Assembly (NCBI GenBank): GCA_002104905.1
Contig: MCFE01000483.1
Span: 4,108 to 68,107, forward strand
Origin: Basidiobolus meristosporus CBS 931.73
Lineage: Eukaryota; Fungi; Basidiobolomycota
Reading direction: 5' to 3'
Length of the DNA stretch: 64,000 nucleotides
Shown: piece after piece, positions 1-12,100 of the stretch
Position numbering within the stretch: position 1 is the first letter of the stretch
How the letters are laid out: every line of letters starts with the position of its first letter
Made by a program: the position numbers and the translations under genes
The notes under the pieces: generated by a model
Seen by the model: only the letters and a program-made list of their open reading frames with translations
Told to the model about the DNA's origin: nothing
The model's database searches: none

Positions 1-649
1 TATATCGAGTCTCCTGACAGCACTACGGAAAATTTTTGAACGGTAAGGTCAGGACGGTAGTGGCAAGAGTCAAGCCAGCGGAAACGGATGTTGCATTCTT
101 CATTGTGTATGGAGTAACACACATGTCACTCTATCCAACTTTTCTTACAATGAAATAGAGAGAATTAACAAAAAATTCATTTACATTATTCGAGTTGTTT
201 AGTACAGATAATAGTTTTGACTAAAGCCTATGATTATCGCCTAAATAGCAATGTCACATGCTTCACTGCCCCCATCAACGGTTCCTCGTTATGTATTTGT
301 GAATACAGAGGAGTGGATTATCGTTGAAAGCACTGTTACTCAAATGCACAAGTCTTTTCTACCGTTTGGTGTTTACCACAGGGACTATGATGGAAACATG
401 AACATTATCAATGTGAAAGTAGTGAATGTTATAACTTGGGACCCGATGCATTTCTGATTACTGTGAACAGGGCATGTAATTCAGTATGTTGATGATATAA
501 ACAGCCATCCTTATATCTATCTAATAAATGCTAGGTGGTTCAGTTCTGTAACTGGCACCTGCAAGGCTGTTCAATAATGGGTGGTGCTTAACTGGTCCTT
601 TTTTTAATTTCCACCAACTATCTGCATAAGCAACTACTAAACTTACAAT

Positions 650-958
650 CCCTAAGAAAACAAATTGGAAATGGCCTGCAGAATATCATCATAATATCTG
701 CTGAATTCCAGCTCTCTCAAAAGTGACAACTTTCAGTATCTCAGGTACTAACCTCACAGCAGACAAACAGATATCATCTCCAGGGGGAGACTAGGCCAAC
801 TAACATTCATACCAAACTTGGTCATCAGCTGCTCATTTCTTTCACCAGAAATTGAAACTGAAAATTTGGAGCAGAAACACCAGCTGAATACTAGCAGAAT
901 ATCATCATCATATCAGCTAAAAATCCAATGAATCCCAACTTCCAGATTTTTCTTAGGG
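650..958. mobile_element. Non-autonomous TIR element (MITE), CMC/CACTA-like termini
   Basis: Left end CCCTAAGAAAA (650-660); right end TTTTCTTAGGG ending at 958, with imperfect extension. AAT flanks both sides (647-649, 959-961), a 3-bp TSD. Internal direct repeat GCAGAATATCATCAT occurs twice. No coding capacity. Confidence 0.6.
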
Positions 959-961
959 AAT

Positions 962-2300
962 ACAAGAGCAAATCAACCTATCAAAGCAATGCTAACATTC
1001 AAAGCCCTTACTATTATAGGTGCACTAATATTACATACTGACTTATTTGGAGCTTAGAAGTAGTTGTACATTATTTGACAACAGATTTTGGGATAACTGC
1101 TTTCCTGTAAGACCAAGTAATGGACACAGCATGATGAAAGTTGTGGGTCAAGTATGTGGTTTTATATATTTTTCCAGTATCTTCAGAATGATTTGGAATA
1201 CATCAACAAATGCTTAAGCTTAAAAGTGCTCTATGAAGTACATGTAAATGGGACTATTTCTCAATGGCTTTGTAAATGGACAGATCTGCAAGATGATGCA
1301 ATCTTATCACATCCTCATTCTCTTATTCTCTGATCAATATATTTTATCACCTTCCTAGGACCTAGATGCTTTATAGAGCACCTTAAAGCTAATCAAGTGA
1401 CTGTTGACAGTCCATGTTCTTGGAGAATGAGGGTTGAATATGATGCTATATCACTTCTATGCTAAGTACATTCTCCCATAGAATGGCATAGGCTATGAAG
1501 GACTGCTTCTGCAGCATTGATCTATCTGCAAGTTTTGATACACTAAGATTGCTGATTTATGCATTAACTGAAATAGTCAGTGTTGATATTTTGCACTTTT
1601 GTACTGTGATGTTTACAAGTTTTTAAGCCTGCCTGTTCACAAGGCTTCAGATACATTGCAGATGGGCTCATGTATGCTCAAAGATCTAGGCATTAATGTA
1701 ACTCAATAAACAATTTACTTTCTTGCTATAATTGCTTTGGATATCACATCATTTTTCAGAATAAGCCATAAAAATTCTTACACACTTTAAGAATAAGCTA
1801 GGAATATTCCCAACTGCTGAGCATGATCAATGCAATTCTGGTAATATAACAGAATATCTGGCTGGCACTAGTCAGTAGACCTCTTTGCACACTAATTTTC
1901 ATTTGAGTGTTACTTCTGCTTTTGTCTCTTCCTATCTTTATAGCTTTCTAGATTTGTTTTCAGAAATATATTACTCTGTGTAGTTAATTGCCCAAAAGCC
2001 ATGCAGGAAAAAGAGTGATCTTGTGCTGATGGACAGCATCCTCCTTACTCTGGTTCTTTTCAGAGAATAAATCTTTTTGGGTCTCATTTGCAGTTATTTT
2101 ACAACAACATCCTACAATTAGAGTTTTGGAGAACTTGGTTGTAATAGAGAGAACTGTTGTAAGTCTTGTTAAGATCACTTGGTCAAATACTCTTACTGAA
2201 CCACTCATGATACAGTAGGTGATATTTTCAGAAAGCTATTAGCCTCAGTCAAATATTATTATTTTAAGCCACAATTAGACCTAGTCATAATTAGTTTTAG
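962..2300. repeat. AT-rich, CpG-depleted degenerate sequence, probable transposon relic
   Basis: Almost no CpG, no long ORF, lies between a MITE and a solo LTR. No family assignable by eye. Confidence 0.3.
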
Positions 2301-2311
2301 TCAGTTGGGAG

Positions 2312-2654
2312 CATTGTAGACTTTGTAGTTATATCCATGTATTCATTGACTTGGCCACCTAAATCATAGCTGATGATACTTGCAATATATTGCCTGAATT
2401 TTTGTTGGGACTAGCTTGTAATATTCTCACCAAAATATCTGGTAACCAGGACATGAGAAATCTCAGGGTGGACCAAGGGCCCCAAGCTTTACACACATAC
2501 CCTTCGGACCATCCTAAACTCATTATGCATATCCGCTCCACCAAGACTATGTAAAAGTATAAATACCACTTTTACATTCAATAAATCTCTAAGTGAACCA
2601 CATCATCTACTTGTTCTCCTAATCACTTCCAATATCCCCAACACTCTTGAAACA
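2312..2654 (+). mobile_element. Degenerate solo LTR of the Ty1/copia family at 57.2-61.9 kb
   Basis: Collinear with the LTR at 57245-57593 (TTGTTGGGA..TCACCAAAATATC..GTAAAAGTATAAATACCACTTTTACATTCAATAAATC..TCACTTCCAATATC..CTCTTGAAACA). Left boundary approximate. Confidence 0.75.
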
Positions 2655-3855
2655 AGTAATTTGGATTCTCATCAATTGCCATAAGTGGTCTGATATTCTG
2701 ACATTAGTCTCGAGAATGCGCACTTGATGAGTTATTGAAGCATAAGCGAGATAATGTTATCTGGCCTCAGAGCAATGTTGATCCCACTTTTATCATGTTA
2801 TCTATATAGCGGTTTCTAAAGTCATCGAATCGTTATGAGTGATACGATCTAGACGATTAATTGACACTCTGAGATCGGTCAGCAGGTCAACTAATTTATT
2901 ACGCCTGAGTTAAAAACGTTCCTTATTTTACAATTCATCCAGCAATCTAGTCGAATGAAATCAATATCACGGCATGTATATCTAAGATTTTGATGAATCC
3001 ATGTAGGATTCATATAAGCCTAGGCTTCATTATCATAAGTCTTCCTGTGTTTCGAATCTACGATTGTCTAAGGAGCTGAATCATCTGTTGAGATTTCACT
3101 CTATAAACCCAGACCCTAGTAAGCAATATCACCACCGAATCCAAGTACTCATCATTTGCGATCACGTATACAAGCATCGAATTTGTTCCGAGCACTTACC
3201 TGGAATCCAATACTAATTTAGCTTGATGTTACCATTCCTTTACCAAATGGAAGGCTTCGCCCAATGGCGCCCATTTCTTAGCATCCAGACCAAGTGATCC
3301 GGTAGCTGTAGTATTTATTGAAAAATTTTCCGAAATAGCAGGGAGGCTTTTATATATTAACAATGGTATTCCATCCTTTGATTTCCTTCAAGTATTCGAT
3401 CAAACTCTCGTGCGATTGGCACGCTTAGTGTAACTGAGCACCCTTTTCATTACCTTTAATACATCACCGAGGTCCAGCCATCTGGATTATGCTGTCAAAG
3501 AGCCCACACGTGCAAAGCAAATTTGTATTCAGATTATCCAAATCGATAATCCTAACTATAATCAGTCAACTTACTGCAGGCTAGAGCGATGTGTGGGGTG
3601 GTGCTTGGATATATTCGAGCAAGATTTATGGAGATCGAAAAAGACAAGGGAAGCCATTTAGATTATCTTTATATCCCGCATGGTGCGTGACTTCGCTGAC
3701 AACTATAAAAGTCTACTTCTGGTCAACGCCAACCGTACCTACTACTTACACATTCTCTACTTTGCGTTCGTTCAAAGATTGTAGCGGCGAACTGTACATT
3801 CAGATCGCTCACTAGACTTGCCATATATTTTGTATATATTGAAATTATATTTGCC

Positions 3856-4491
3856 ATGCATCTTCCTGGTCGCTTAAGCCCGCAGCGTTACTCTTGCGCT
3901 CGAAAAGCAGACCAAGCAACCGCCCAATTCACTGATTTTGCCGCGGATATTACTACCTTCTTGTGGCATTCGGACATCTACCCGTTGAGCAGTTGGAATG
4001 GAAACCAATTTCGAAATTATTGTCGGCACATCATTCACTCTACCAGAGTCTCGGCTTCTGTAGTTATATTAGCTCTGAAGTATATTTCTCGGTTGAAGCA
4101 TCAACGAAACTACCACCAGCCTCGGCCGGGGTCTGAGTACCATATCTTCACAATAGCCCTACTTCTTGCGAACAAATTCCTAGAAGATCAAATATTGACC
4201 ACCCAATACTGGTCTAAGCAAAGCAACATTTCCACGGCTCAGCTAAAGCTTCTCGAGATCGAGATGCTGAAAGGGACCGATTACTCGCTCTACGTCTCCC
4301 AAGGGGAGTATCTGCATTGGCTGAAGCAGCTGGAGTACTATATCAACTTGCGCCACGCCTATCTGCAGCAATGCGAGAGTCGGGTTCTCCAGGCGCCTCA
4401 GTCAGAGCCCGAATCTGAAAATCCATATGCACCACAGTTGCAGACGTCAAAATCACTCTACACAGTTGACATCTACCCGATAATTGGCTAA
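3856..4491 (+). CDS. Pho80/Pcl-family (Clg1-like) cyclin, 211 aa, single exon
   Basis: Cyclin box: IIHSTRVSASVVILALKYISRLK...GSEYHIFTIALLLANKFLED...WSK.SNI....LKLLEIEMLKGTDYSLYVS..EY..W. Confidence 0.85.
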   Translation: MHLPGRLSPQRYSCARKADQATAQFTDFAADITTFLWHSDIYPLSSWNGNQFRNYCRHIIHSTRVSASVVILALKYISRLKHQRNYHQPRPGSEYHIFTIALLLANKFLEDQILTTQYWSKQSNISTAQLKLLEIEMLKGTDYSLYVSQGEYLHWLKQLEYYINLRHAYLQQCESRVLQAPQSEPESENPYAPQLQTSKSLYTVDIYPIIG

Positions 4492-6100
4492 ATCCAAGTA
4501 GACCTTGGGAGTGCAACTACCATGCCATTGCTCTTCATCCAATGCAACCACGGGCAGCACTGGAATTGGTAGTATCAAGAATCATGCCATCTTGCGATGC
4601 GATAATCAGGGAGCTCCTTTGAGAAGCCGATTCATACCAAGAGCGTCCAGATCCTGATCAACGTGTATTTGAAGATGAGAGTTGATAATCTTTTTGGATA
4701 TGTAGTACAGCAGTTGGTCCACTACTGATCTGACATCCCTAGCCGTACACCATAGGCCACCTTGTGGAGATACTAGATTGTTGCATATTCAATAAAAACT
4801 GATGCTTTCCAGGCTTGATCTACACATTTGGAATTCCAGTCAGAACAAACACATCCACCCGGTTGCACCATTCTACAAAGAGCGATGAGCGCTGCTACAC
4901 TCATCATAGATAAGTCAACGCCCTTGAAAATAAGAGTGGAATTGCGGCACACCAAAAATGGAAATTCTAGATACTAATGTGGTTTCCGACCCATGTTCGG
5001 GTGAACTCTCCTACATAATCCTGGAAGCTGCAGATGATGGATTTCACATCTTTCCCTTCCATAATCGAGCCGTGATAGGTACCAGCGCTATCATAGATCT
5101 ACGACCGCATCACGCCTGGACTACATCAGACTAATCACCAGAGGCTCCAATATGGGCCTTTGGGCGGACTTTTGGGATCTATGGTGTGCTGATACCATGG
5201 ATCAGCAGTAGCTCCATCTGGGCTCTCTTTGGAACATCATTGGATGTACCAACCCTATCGTTGCAGGTCGTAAGATGGATCTGAGGCAGCAAGTCGCCAA
5301 CAATCTAGAATAGATGTCCGATGGACCACCAATTATACACAACCGCTGCCATGTGGCTACCATTGAGCCTTGTTGTAATTTACACGATTTCAATCTCCAT
5401 CCCACACTGATGGGCGTCCATACATATTACCGTTGAATCTTACGTTTTCATATCCTTGATCCCAATTTATAGATGTTGCTGAAAATTCACAGAGGCACCC
5501 AGTAGAGCACATGTATGCATTGCAAAATAGTCGTCCAATGGATTCCATATTGCGGAGCTTTACTAATCTTACATCCCTTTGGCGCACTAGCTGCACAAAA
5601 CAGTTATACCCTTTCTCTTCCCCATGCACAAAAATAAACGGTCTTTTACAGCGCGCTGGTGCATCACCTGGCGAGCAATATCAATAGAACAAAGCCGTCC
5701 CATTACCGCTAACCGCCCACCTGGACCCGTATTCTCACCACGGACAGCCCTGACGCTAAGATTACTATGCAGCCAGTTTATTGAGATTCCGTTATGTAAC
5801 TACCAGAGGCTCTTTGGTTGGTGTATTGTGAACAGCATAAGAGCACCATGCACCCGAAATCCCGATGAAATGGTTTCAAACCAACCAATTGCAGCGATGA
5901 TCTGGTTGGGTTATTTTTTGACTTTCCAGAACCAAATGAGGTCTTGTCTCTTGCAGATATTTGTGCTGTTTCCGGTAACAGCTTGTGGAATAATCATTTG
6001 GTGCGGGCCAATGGGTAGATTGACAAGTCTGAACGAAATCTATAAACCAATATTTATAAGAATGGGATCATAATATCTGGGATCCACATCGCTCCGGAAT

Positions 6101-7444
6101 TTAAAGATACTCTATGAACCTCTCCCCGTAATAGTTCGCGCTTTTTCCGTTCAAAAAGCTATCGAACTCCTGCTTCATCACGCCAAACCATGAGCCCGGA
6201 AGAATAGGAGTGTTCCAGTTGTTGTGCCAATGATAGGCAAACGCTCCAGGGAAGAAGTTTTCAAACGCGCGTGTGTGTGCGAAGTCCTTGTATCCATCGA
6301 ACTCACCATCGATCCGGTCCATTCGAAAAACATCCTCGAATTCAGCAAGGTTGGGATTGATCGTCTTTCCCGATTCGTATTTATCCACTCGCAGCCACAA
6401 TGGATCGAAGATGGCTGATGGAAGCATCAATACATTAGGGGCTTCCTTGTAGGCACCATGGATCTTCGGGTGCTCTTTTGCCCAATCCTCAAGATAAGTC
6501 TTGATATTCCGTGGATGGAATCCCATATTGTTCTTGATTGCTTTTTGCACCAGATACTTGCTAGTGGTAGAGTTGGCATGCATGCGGAGCACTGCAGTGT
6601 TATAGTTTCTCGTGTAGCTCCATTTATAAGCAAAGTCAACAGGAGTATGGTATAACGGGCGCATATCACGAAGGAGGAGCACATCTGCGTCAAGATACAT
6701 CCCACCATGGATATGCAGAACCAAGAATCGCACCATATCACTATAACTGACTGTGCGTATATCCTTGACTTTGATGTTGGCGAAATCTGGGCTGGCCGAT
6801 ATAATGGTGTCTATATTCCAACGTCTGAATTCGATCAAAGTTGAGGGATATTTGAGGAGTGGCCCTGAAAATTCGTTTTCCAGTAATTGTTCAGCAGTCC
6901 CCCAGTTGTGAAGCCAAATAATTAGCTTAGAGCATCCCAAAGGTTGCGTGTAAAGAAACGATTTCACTGTCAACGCAATCTTATCACTAAACGGCCCTTT
7001 CCAATAGACATGGAAAAGCATTGGTGGTGCCTCAGGACTGCATATGTTCTCATTGTTTCTAGGCACCTCCGGCGAAGCGGCCAAAAGATATCTGTCTGCT
7101 GACAGATTCAGAAATTCTAGGCATTCGGCGGTAGAATGCTTTTTAGGGTTGCACTGGTCCATTATTACTTTTGTATCGGCAACGTAAAGGCCAGGTGGAC
7201 GAGGGTGGCCCGGAAGTTCTGGCACATCCTGCGGCACATAATTATCAATAACCTCCTCCTCTCCCTCTAGTTCTCCCTCTGGCGGATAAACGGGTGGCAA
7301 GATTCTGCTAGGATCCTCTAGTTGTTCTTGAGAAGGTAAACTGTCGTACGAATCTCTTGACAACAGGGCATATAGGGAGATTAAGGATAAGCTGGTGACC
7401 AGAATGTATAGAACAAGTCGAGTAGGGATCCTTCCCGAGAACAT
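6101..7444 (-). CDS. Glycosyltransferase family 32 (DXD-motif sugar transferase), type II membrane protein, 447 aa
   Basis: N-terminal TM anchor (LVLYILVTSLSLISLYALL), FHVYWKG, SDMVRFLVLHIHGGMYLDADVLLLR (DXD), NTAVLR, C-terminal FAYHWHNNW. Confidence 0.85.
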   Translation of the reverse strand: MFSGRIPTRLVLYILVTSLSLISLYALLSRDSYDSLPSQEQLEDPSRILPPVYPPEGELEGEEEVIDNYVPQDVPELPGHPRPPGLYVADTKVIMDQCNPKKHSTAECLEFLNLSADRYLLAASPEVPRNNENICSPEAPPMLFHVYWKGPFSDKIALTVKSFLYTQPLGCSKLIIWLHNWGTAEQLLENEFSGPLLKYPSTLIEFRRWNIDTIISASPDFANIKVKDIRTVSYSDMVRFLVLHIHGGMYLDADVLLLRDMRPLYHTPVDFAYKWSYTRNYNTAVLRMHANSTTSKYLVQKAIKNNMGFHPRNIKTYLEDWAKEHPKIHGAYKEAPNVLMLPSAIFDPLWLRVDKYESGKTINPNLAEFEDVFRMDRIDGEFDGYKDFAHTRAFENFFPGAFAYHWHNNWNTPILPGSWFGVMKQEFDSFLNGKSANYYGERFIEYL

Positions 7445-8766
7445 GTTGGACTGTCAGTAGTAAGGTTTGAATAATGGAGCACAGAACCTATAGGGAAGTA
7501 TTCGAGGGTGAAAGAGAATTCTGCTTAAAGTTAGGTATGCTTTTGAAGTTAAAAAGTCACGTTAAATTGGCAACATATATATTACTTTGCCATCATTGCT
7601 ATTTCAGTAATCCCCACATCATCCTGTTTATATAAATACGTATATATGATATACACATATGAAGAATATCGAGGACGAATGATCGGCCTTTTCAGCATCA
7701 TAGATCAGAATTGCCCATCTGGGATCCGAGCCAGATCAAGAAAGCAGTAGGACCTCGGCATCAGGTAGGTGATGGAAGTTGTATACTACCAACCGCTTTA
7801 CCCGAAGGCTCTATATCTTTTGTGTCAGCCATATCTGATTAATTCATCACGATGACGATTTTGATTGTTCCTTTTATTGGTAGAATCCACAGCCTCCCTT
7901 GGCGATATGGTACACCAACAATGGTATCGGCCTTGCGTCGGAACTGGAAGCGTATTTGAAACCTGGTATCCCGATATGTAGCTAGCGTTTGGTTTTCAGT
8001 AGGTAGAGGTACATCGGAAACAAAACACCTTCATGAATATGCCACCAAGTTGCTGAAACTCCGAACCGGATGGCGGATGGAAAACCTATTCACATGTAGC
8101 CAATCGAATTGTTCTGTCAGGTGACCGAAATCACGGCGAATTTATAGGTTTCCCAACCACACCCGTGATCACGCTGGCGAATTCACCTGGGCAGTGGTCA
8201 GTTGACACAGTCTGCCGAGTAGTAGTCTACAAGGCATGGATGAGACCCGTCAGAGCAATGGAGACAGACACTACGCATTCGATAGATGTACAATCTTGTT
8301 GGAAGTAAATTTGGCAACAGACATAATATAATACAATCCGAAATAGCGCCAGAAATTTGAGAAACTATTAAAGAAGAGCCAATAGTGGGAGGATCCAGTT
8401 GGGAATCACCAGAGTGTGATGCAGGAAATGTAGGTTCCACCCGCCACCAAAGCGAACGTTCTTGAAGTGGCCTGGATGGAAGCCGGTAAGGGTTTAACCA
8501 GTTCTCCGGGTGGAATGTCCTGCTCCAAATTTATCGTACAAATGCGGGAACCCTGTATACTGATTGTCGTTTCTACGAATCGTCCACCATTTGTATTGAA
8601 GTGTTGGAGCTGATTCACAGGAGAGCACACATTATACGTCGGATCCCAACAAGCGGTATTAAAAGAAAATATTAACAAACTCGTGGTATAGCGGGGTATC
8701 AAGATTGCACATATAGCGAAGAAAGGCTCAGTGTTAGATATCAATCCACGCTCATGAATATCTGGT

Positions 8767-9168
8767 TCAAATAAAATACAGTTCTGATTTGTGCTCTTCA
8801 AGGAATAATCGGATCTCCTCATCATTCACCCAGACTCGATAGTCAAGCAGCTTGAGGAACTCCTTCTCCATTCTGCTAACCTCGGCTGGATTGAATACGC
8901 CTGAAGCCTCAGAGATGCTCCTAATCCCCAATCCCTCGGGGCCGTAGAGGTACTTTGAGGCAACCAATATGCTAGCTAGAAATATCCGGTGCGAAGTGCC
9001 ATACTCCCCTTGAGCCTTTGCTGGGAGTCGGGCCTTCAATCGATATAAATAGATCAATGCTATGATTCCAGTGAAGATACTAATCTTCGATCGCTCAGAT
9101 ACTCGGGTTACAAACAACAAGAGCTCGGGCATCCGTGTATGGCGGAGTGGTCGCTGCTTGCAGTTCAA
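8767..9168 (-). CDS. Short Pcl1/2-like cyclin (single cyclin fold); 5' end uncertain, first ATG gives MPELL...
   Basis: LIYLYRLKARLPAKAQGEYGTSHRIFLASILVASKYL...EVSRMEKEFLKLLDYRVWV matches the Pcl1/Pcl2 pattern YL.RL...LP..A.G...T.HRIFLA.LI.A.KY. Confidence 0.8.
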   Translation of the reverse strand: MNCKQRPLRHTRMPELLLFVTRVSERSKISIFTGIIALIYLYRLKARLPAKAQGEYGTSHRIFLASILVASKYLYGPEGLGIRSISEASGVFNPAEVSRMEKEFLKLLDYRVWVNDEEIRLFLEEHKSELYFI

Positions 9169-12100
9169 GATGCCACATAAGAATTCAGTGGTAAAATCTA
9201 GACGCGAGGGTTAATTAGGATGTGCTGGACGCATTGCATCGGTTAATCCGGTGGTCACTTACTTATAAGCGGATCCGGGAATGGCCTATAGATGACGGTT
9301 TGTTGGGCTGAAAGAACAGTGCAAGACATCTCAGCAGCACTCAGATGTTACCAAGTATTATGAACAAATAGCTCGAATGAAATCTCGAAGAAGGTAGATG
9401 CTTAGGTTGTTCTAATGATGCTATACAAGGTGTCAGTGAGGGGATTCAGCCTTCTTCGAGATTTGTGAATTGGGGGTGTGGGCAAGTGTTCAGAGTAATT
9501 GATTCCACTCCAGGCTGGTAGATAGGTTATATAAGATACGAAAGAGTCACGAGTCACGACTTGATCTAGCGCCCACACTTTTTCATGCGTTTGTTCCATA
9601 CATGATGTACAAATTTGTAGAGACACCGCTTTCGTTCAACTGATATAAATGATCTGCTGACCAATTGAAGAATCATATGAATTTACTAATTTGGCTTAGG
9701 ATGTTAGGGTTGGAAAGATGGGGTGGTCCAATTTCCTGAGCGAACTCAGCGAAGCAATTTATTTAAATGAAGTGATTATTACAAAAGGCCAGATAGTCAT
9801 TCGAAACTTCGGATTCTAGAGTGATACAGGTTTCTTTTGGAAACGAACAATTGCAATTAAGATATGTGGACACCCACTCGACCCTCTGCTCGATACCACC
9901 CCTCTAACTCTAGTGACCTGTATCCACCTATCTCTCACACAAAGCCATCCACCACCCTCGTAAGGGAAATAGCTAGATCATACGCAGCCACTGGTAATAT
10001 TCGCCACATCTATCATGTCACTTGGGACTGAGACGCTGGTATTAAGTCAGGATACATTAAGTCACAAAGCGTTAAGCTCATATTAAATCAATTTATCTCC
10101 AGATCGCATGTTCCTGGACTATTCTCGGCAGAAATAAGAATCTTGATTTATTTATGGTAATGATCCTGAGATAAGGCCATATTCGGTAGCCAAAACCCAT
10201 TAGCTCATAGCCGAGGAGTTATTTCCTAGCCCATGGTTAAGAACCTGATGAAGAGTGTACTCATTAAACCAGTTTCCGTATTGCCTCATCGAAACCCTAC
10301 CCTCTTGAAAACCCATCCTTTAGATGCACCAATATTGGCAGCCTGCCTCAATTAATCCCCAATATTGCCAGCCATAGTCTCTATGGGTTACTACAACGTT
10401 TATTTTCGGAATCCCAGAAACCGCTGATTTCTGTGGGTACGCATTGGTTGGTCAGGTATGAACGGATTCATTAAGATTCTTTTGGTCGACGCTTATCTAT
10501 TGGTTGCAAGTATGCTACTTCGATTACGATCAGTTGTGAGGTGCTGGTCAAGTGAACACTCGTGCGAATTCTATTGCCATCAGAGGTTAATATACACTGA
10601 AGGTAATACAATGTACACTACTGGCCGTTTGAGTATTCGTAAGATGTAGTGAATACACACTAAATAATAAATCGATTAGTTGCATCGGCTCCTGGTGGCC
10701 AGAGCCGTAGGAGGAGGTGTATCGACTCAATTTGACGAGGTCTCCTCGTCACTATGCCTCAAGGATAACATATGGTACATTTGGTGATCGGTCCTCATAT
10801 GAAGACCTCTTCACCCATAGTGTGGCATGTCAATCCTAAGAGCGGGGAGGGAGTACTTCAAGGCCCGCTCAATCTGATTGCTCAAGTGTTGGTGAAGGAT
10901 CTGCTATTCAGGACCCGTATTCTAACCAAAAACTACTCATAATATATCTATATCATATTCTTATACTCCAACATACAGCCAATGAGTTGCGCTATGTACC
11001 AACAGGTTTTCCATGCGATGGTAACATGCCCTGTTTTTTGAGTTCTTCGAGGATATTTAGGGCAGTGTAAGCAAGCTTGCATACGTGTGATATGATTGGC
11101 GTGGTGGTAACAAACGAACTATATGATATGCACGGCAATGCATTAAACCCATTGGTCTCACTTACCGCTGAACCAAATAGCATTGTTCCGCATGGTGGAT
11201 AGTACCTTCTGGTGCTGGTAGGTAACCTCAAGCCTTACACAAGCTAGACGAGAGGCCTCAAAGCATTACCAGCGGTTTGATTACTGGAAAAGCAAGAAGC
11301 GCCTACTTCAATCAATAATAGATAGGCATCCATGACTAGAACGAATCTGGCCTGTAATATGTCAAATGATCATATAGCACGGAATTGCCCATTGTATTAG
11401 CCAATTATGTATATTAGTCAGGTTAACGAAACTGTATTTAGTCATATCTAACCTGATAGGATTGTTTGGATGAGCTGAGGGTCCACCCGAAGACAAAGAA
11501 CCGTGAGGGATGCAGTTTATCGCGGCATTGAGCCTGAAAGCGACGTCATGTTATAAATCGAATCCATTTGGCTGATAATTCATTGCTGATAACACGAGAG
11601 GTTCTCTACGATTCCGGTGGTGCAATCGATTACACAGGCTGATCCCTTTTGGAATCGTCTGTCTGATTTCTCGTGTAGCTGGGTAAATCTCAAAATTTCC
11701 CATGGTGTACGCTAAACTTGTCTCCGAACCCAAGAGGCCAGAATCGAAACGGGTTCTACTCCAATGGGCATCGTTGCCGAAATGGCGGATTACCGTGACA
11801 TCACCGTTTCTAGGGATTCTCATTGACCAAAAGAATCATTTTTCAGGGCGGACTCGACTAACAGACGCTTGCTGATTGGCCTTGTAGCACCAAGTGTGAC
11901 AGAGTGATCCATACTTGAAATAGTCCTACATGGCCAGCTACATAGCTTGCGAAAAATGGGGATCAGTCTGAGGGTGGTTACACCGCACTGCCGGTCTTAT
12001 GGTTGGCCAAGCTATGAAGCACAAGGGCAGCCGTTTTCTAGCCAGACACTCGCCTTGGTGTTATCCATAATGTGGGAACTAATCAGCACGCATGCATTTT

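Noticed and set aside
4500-6073. Protein-like stop-interrupted frames downstream of GT32 and the 149-aa ORF 5624-6073
   Set aside because: Could be a decayed pseudogene, but no family could be assigned and no consistent splice model found; needs BLASTX.
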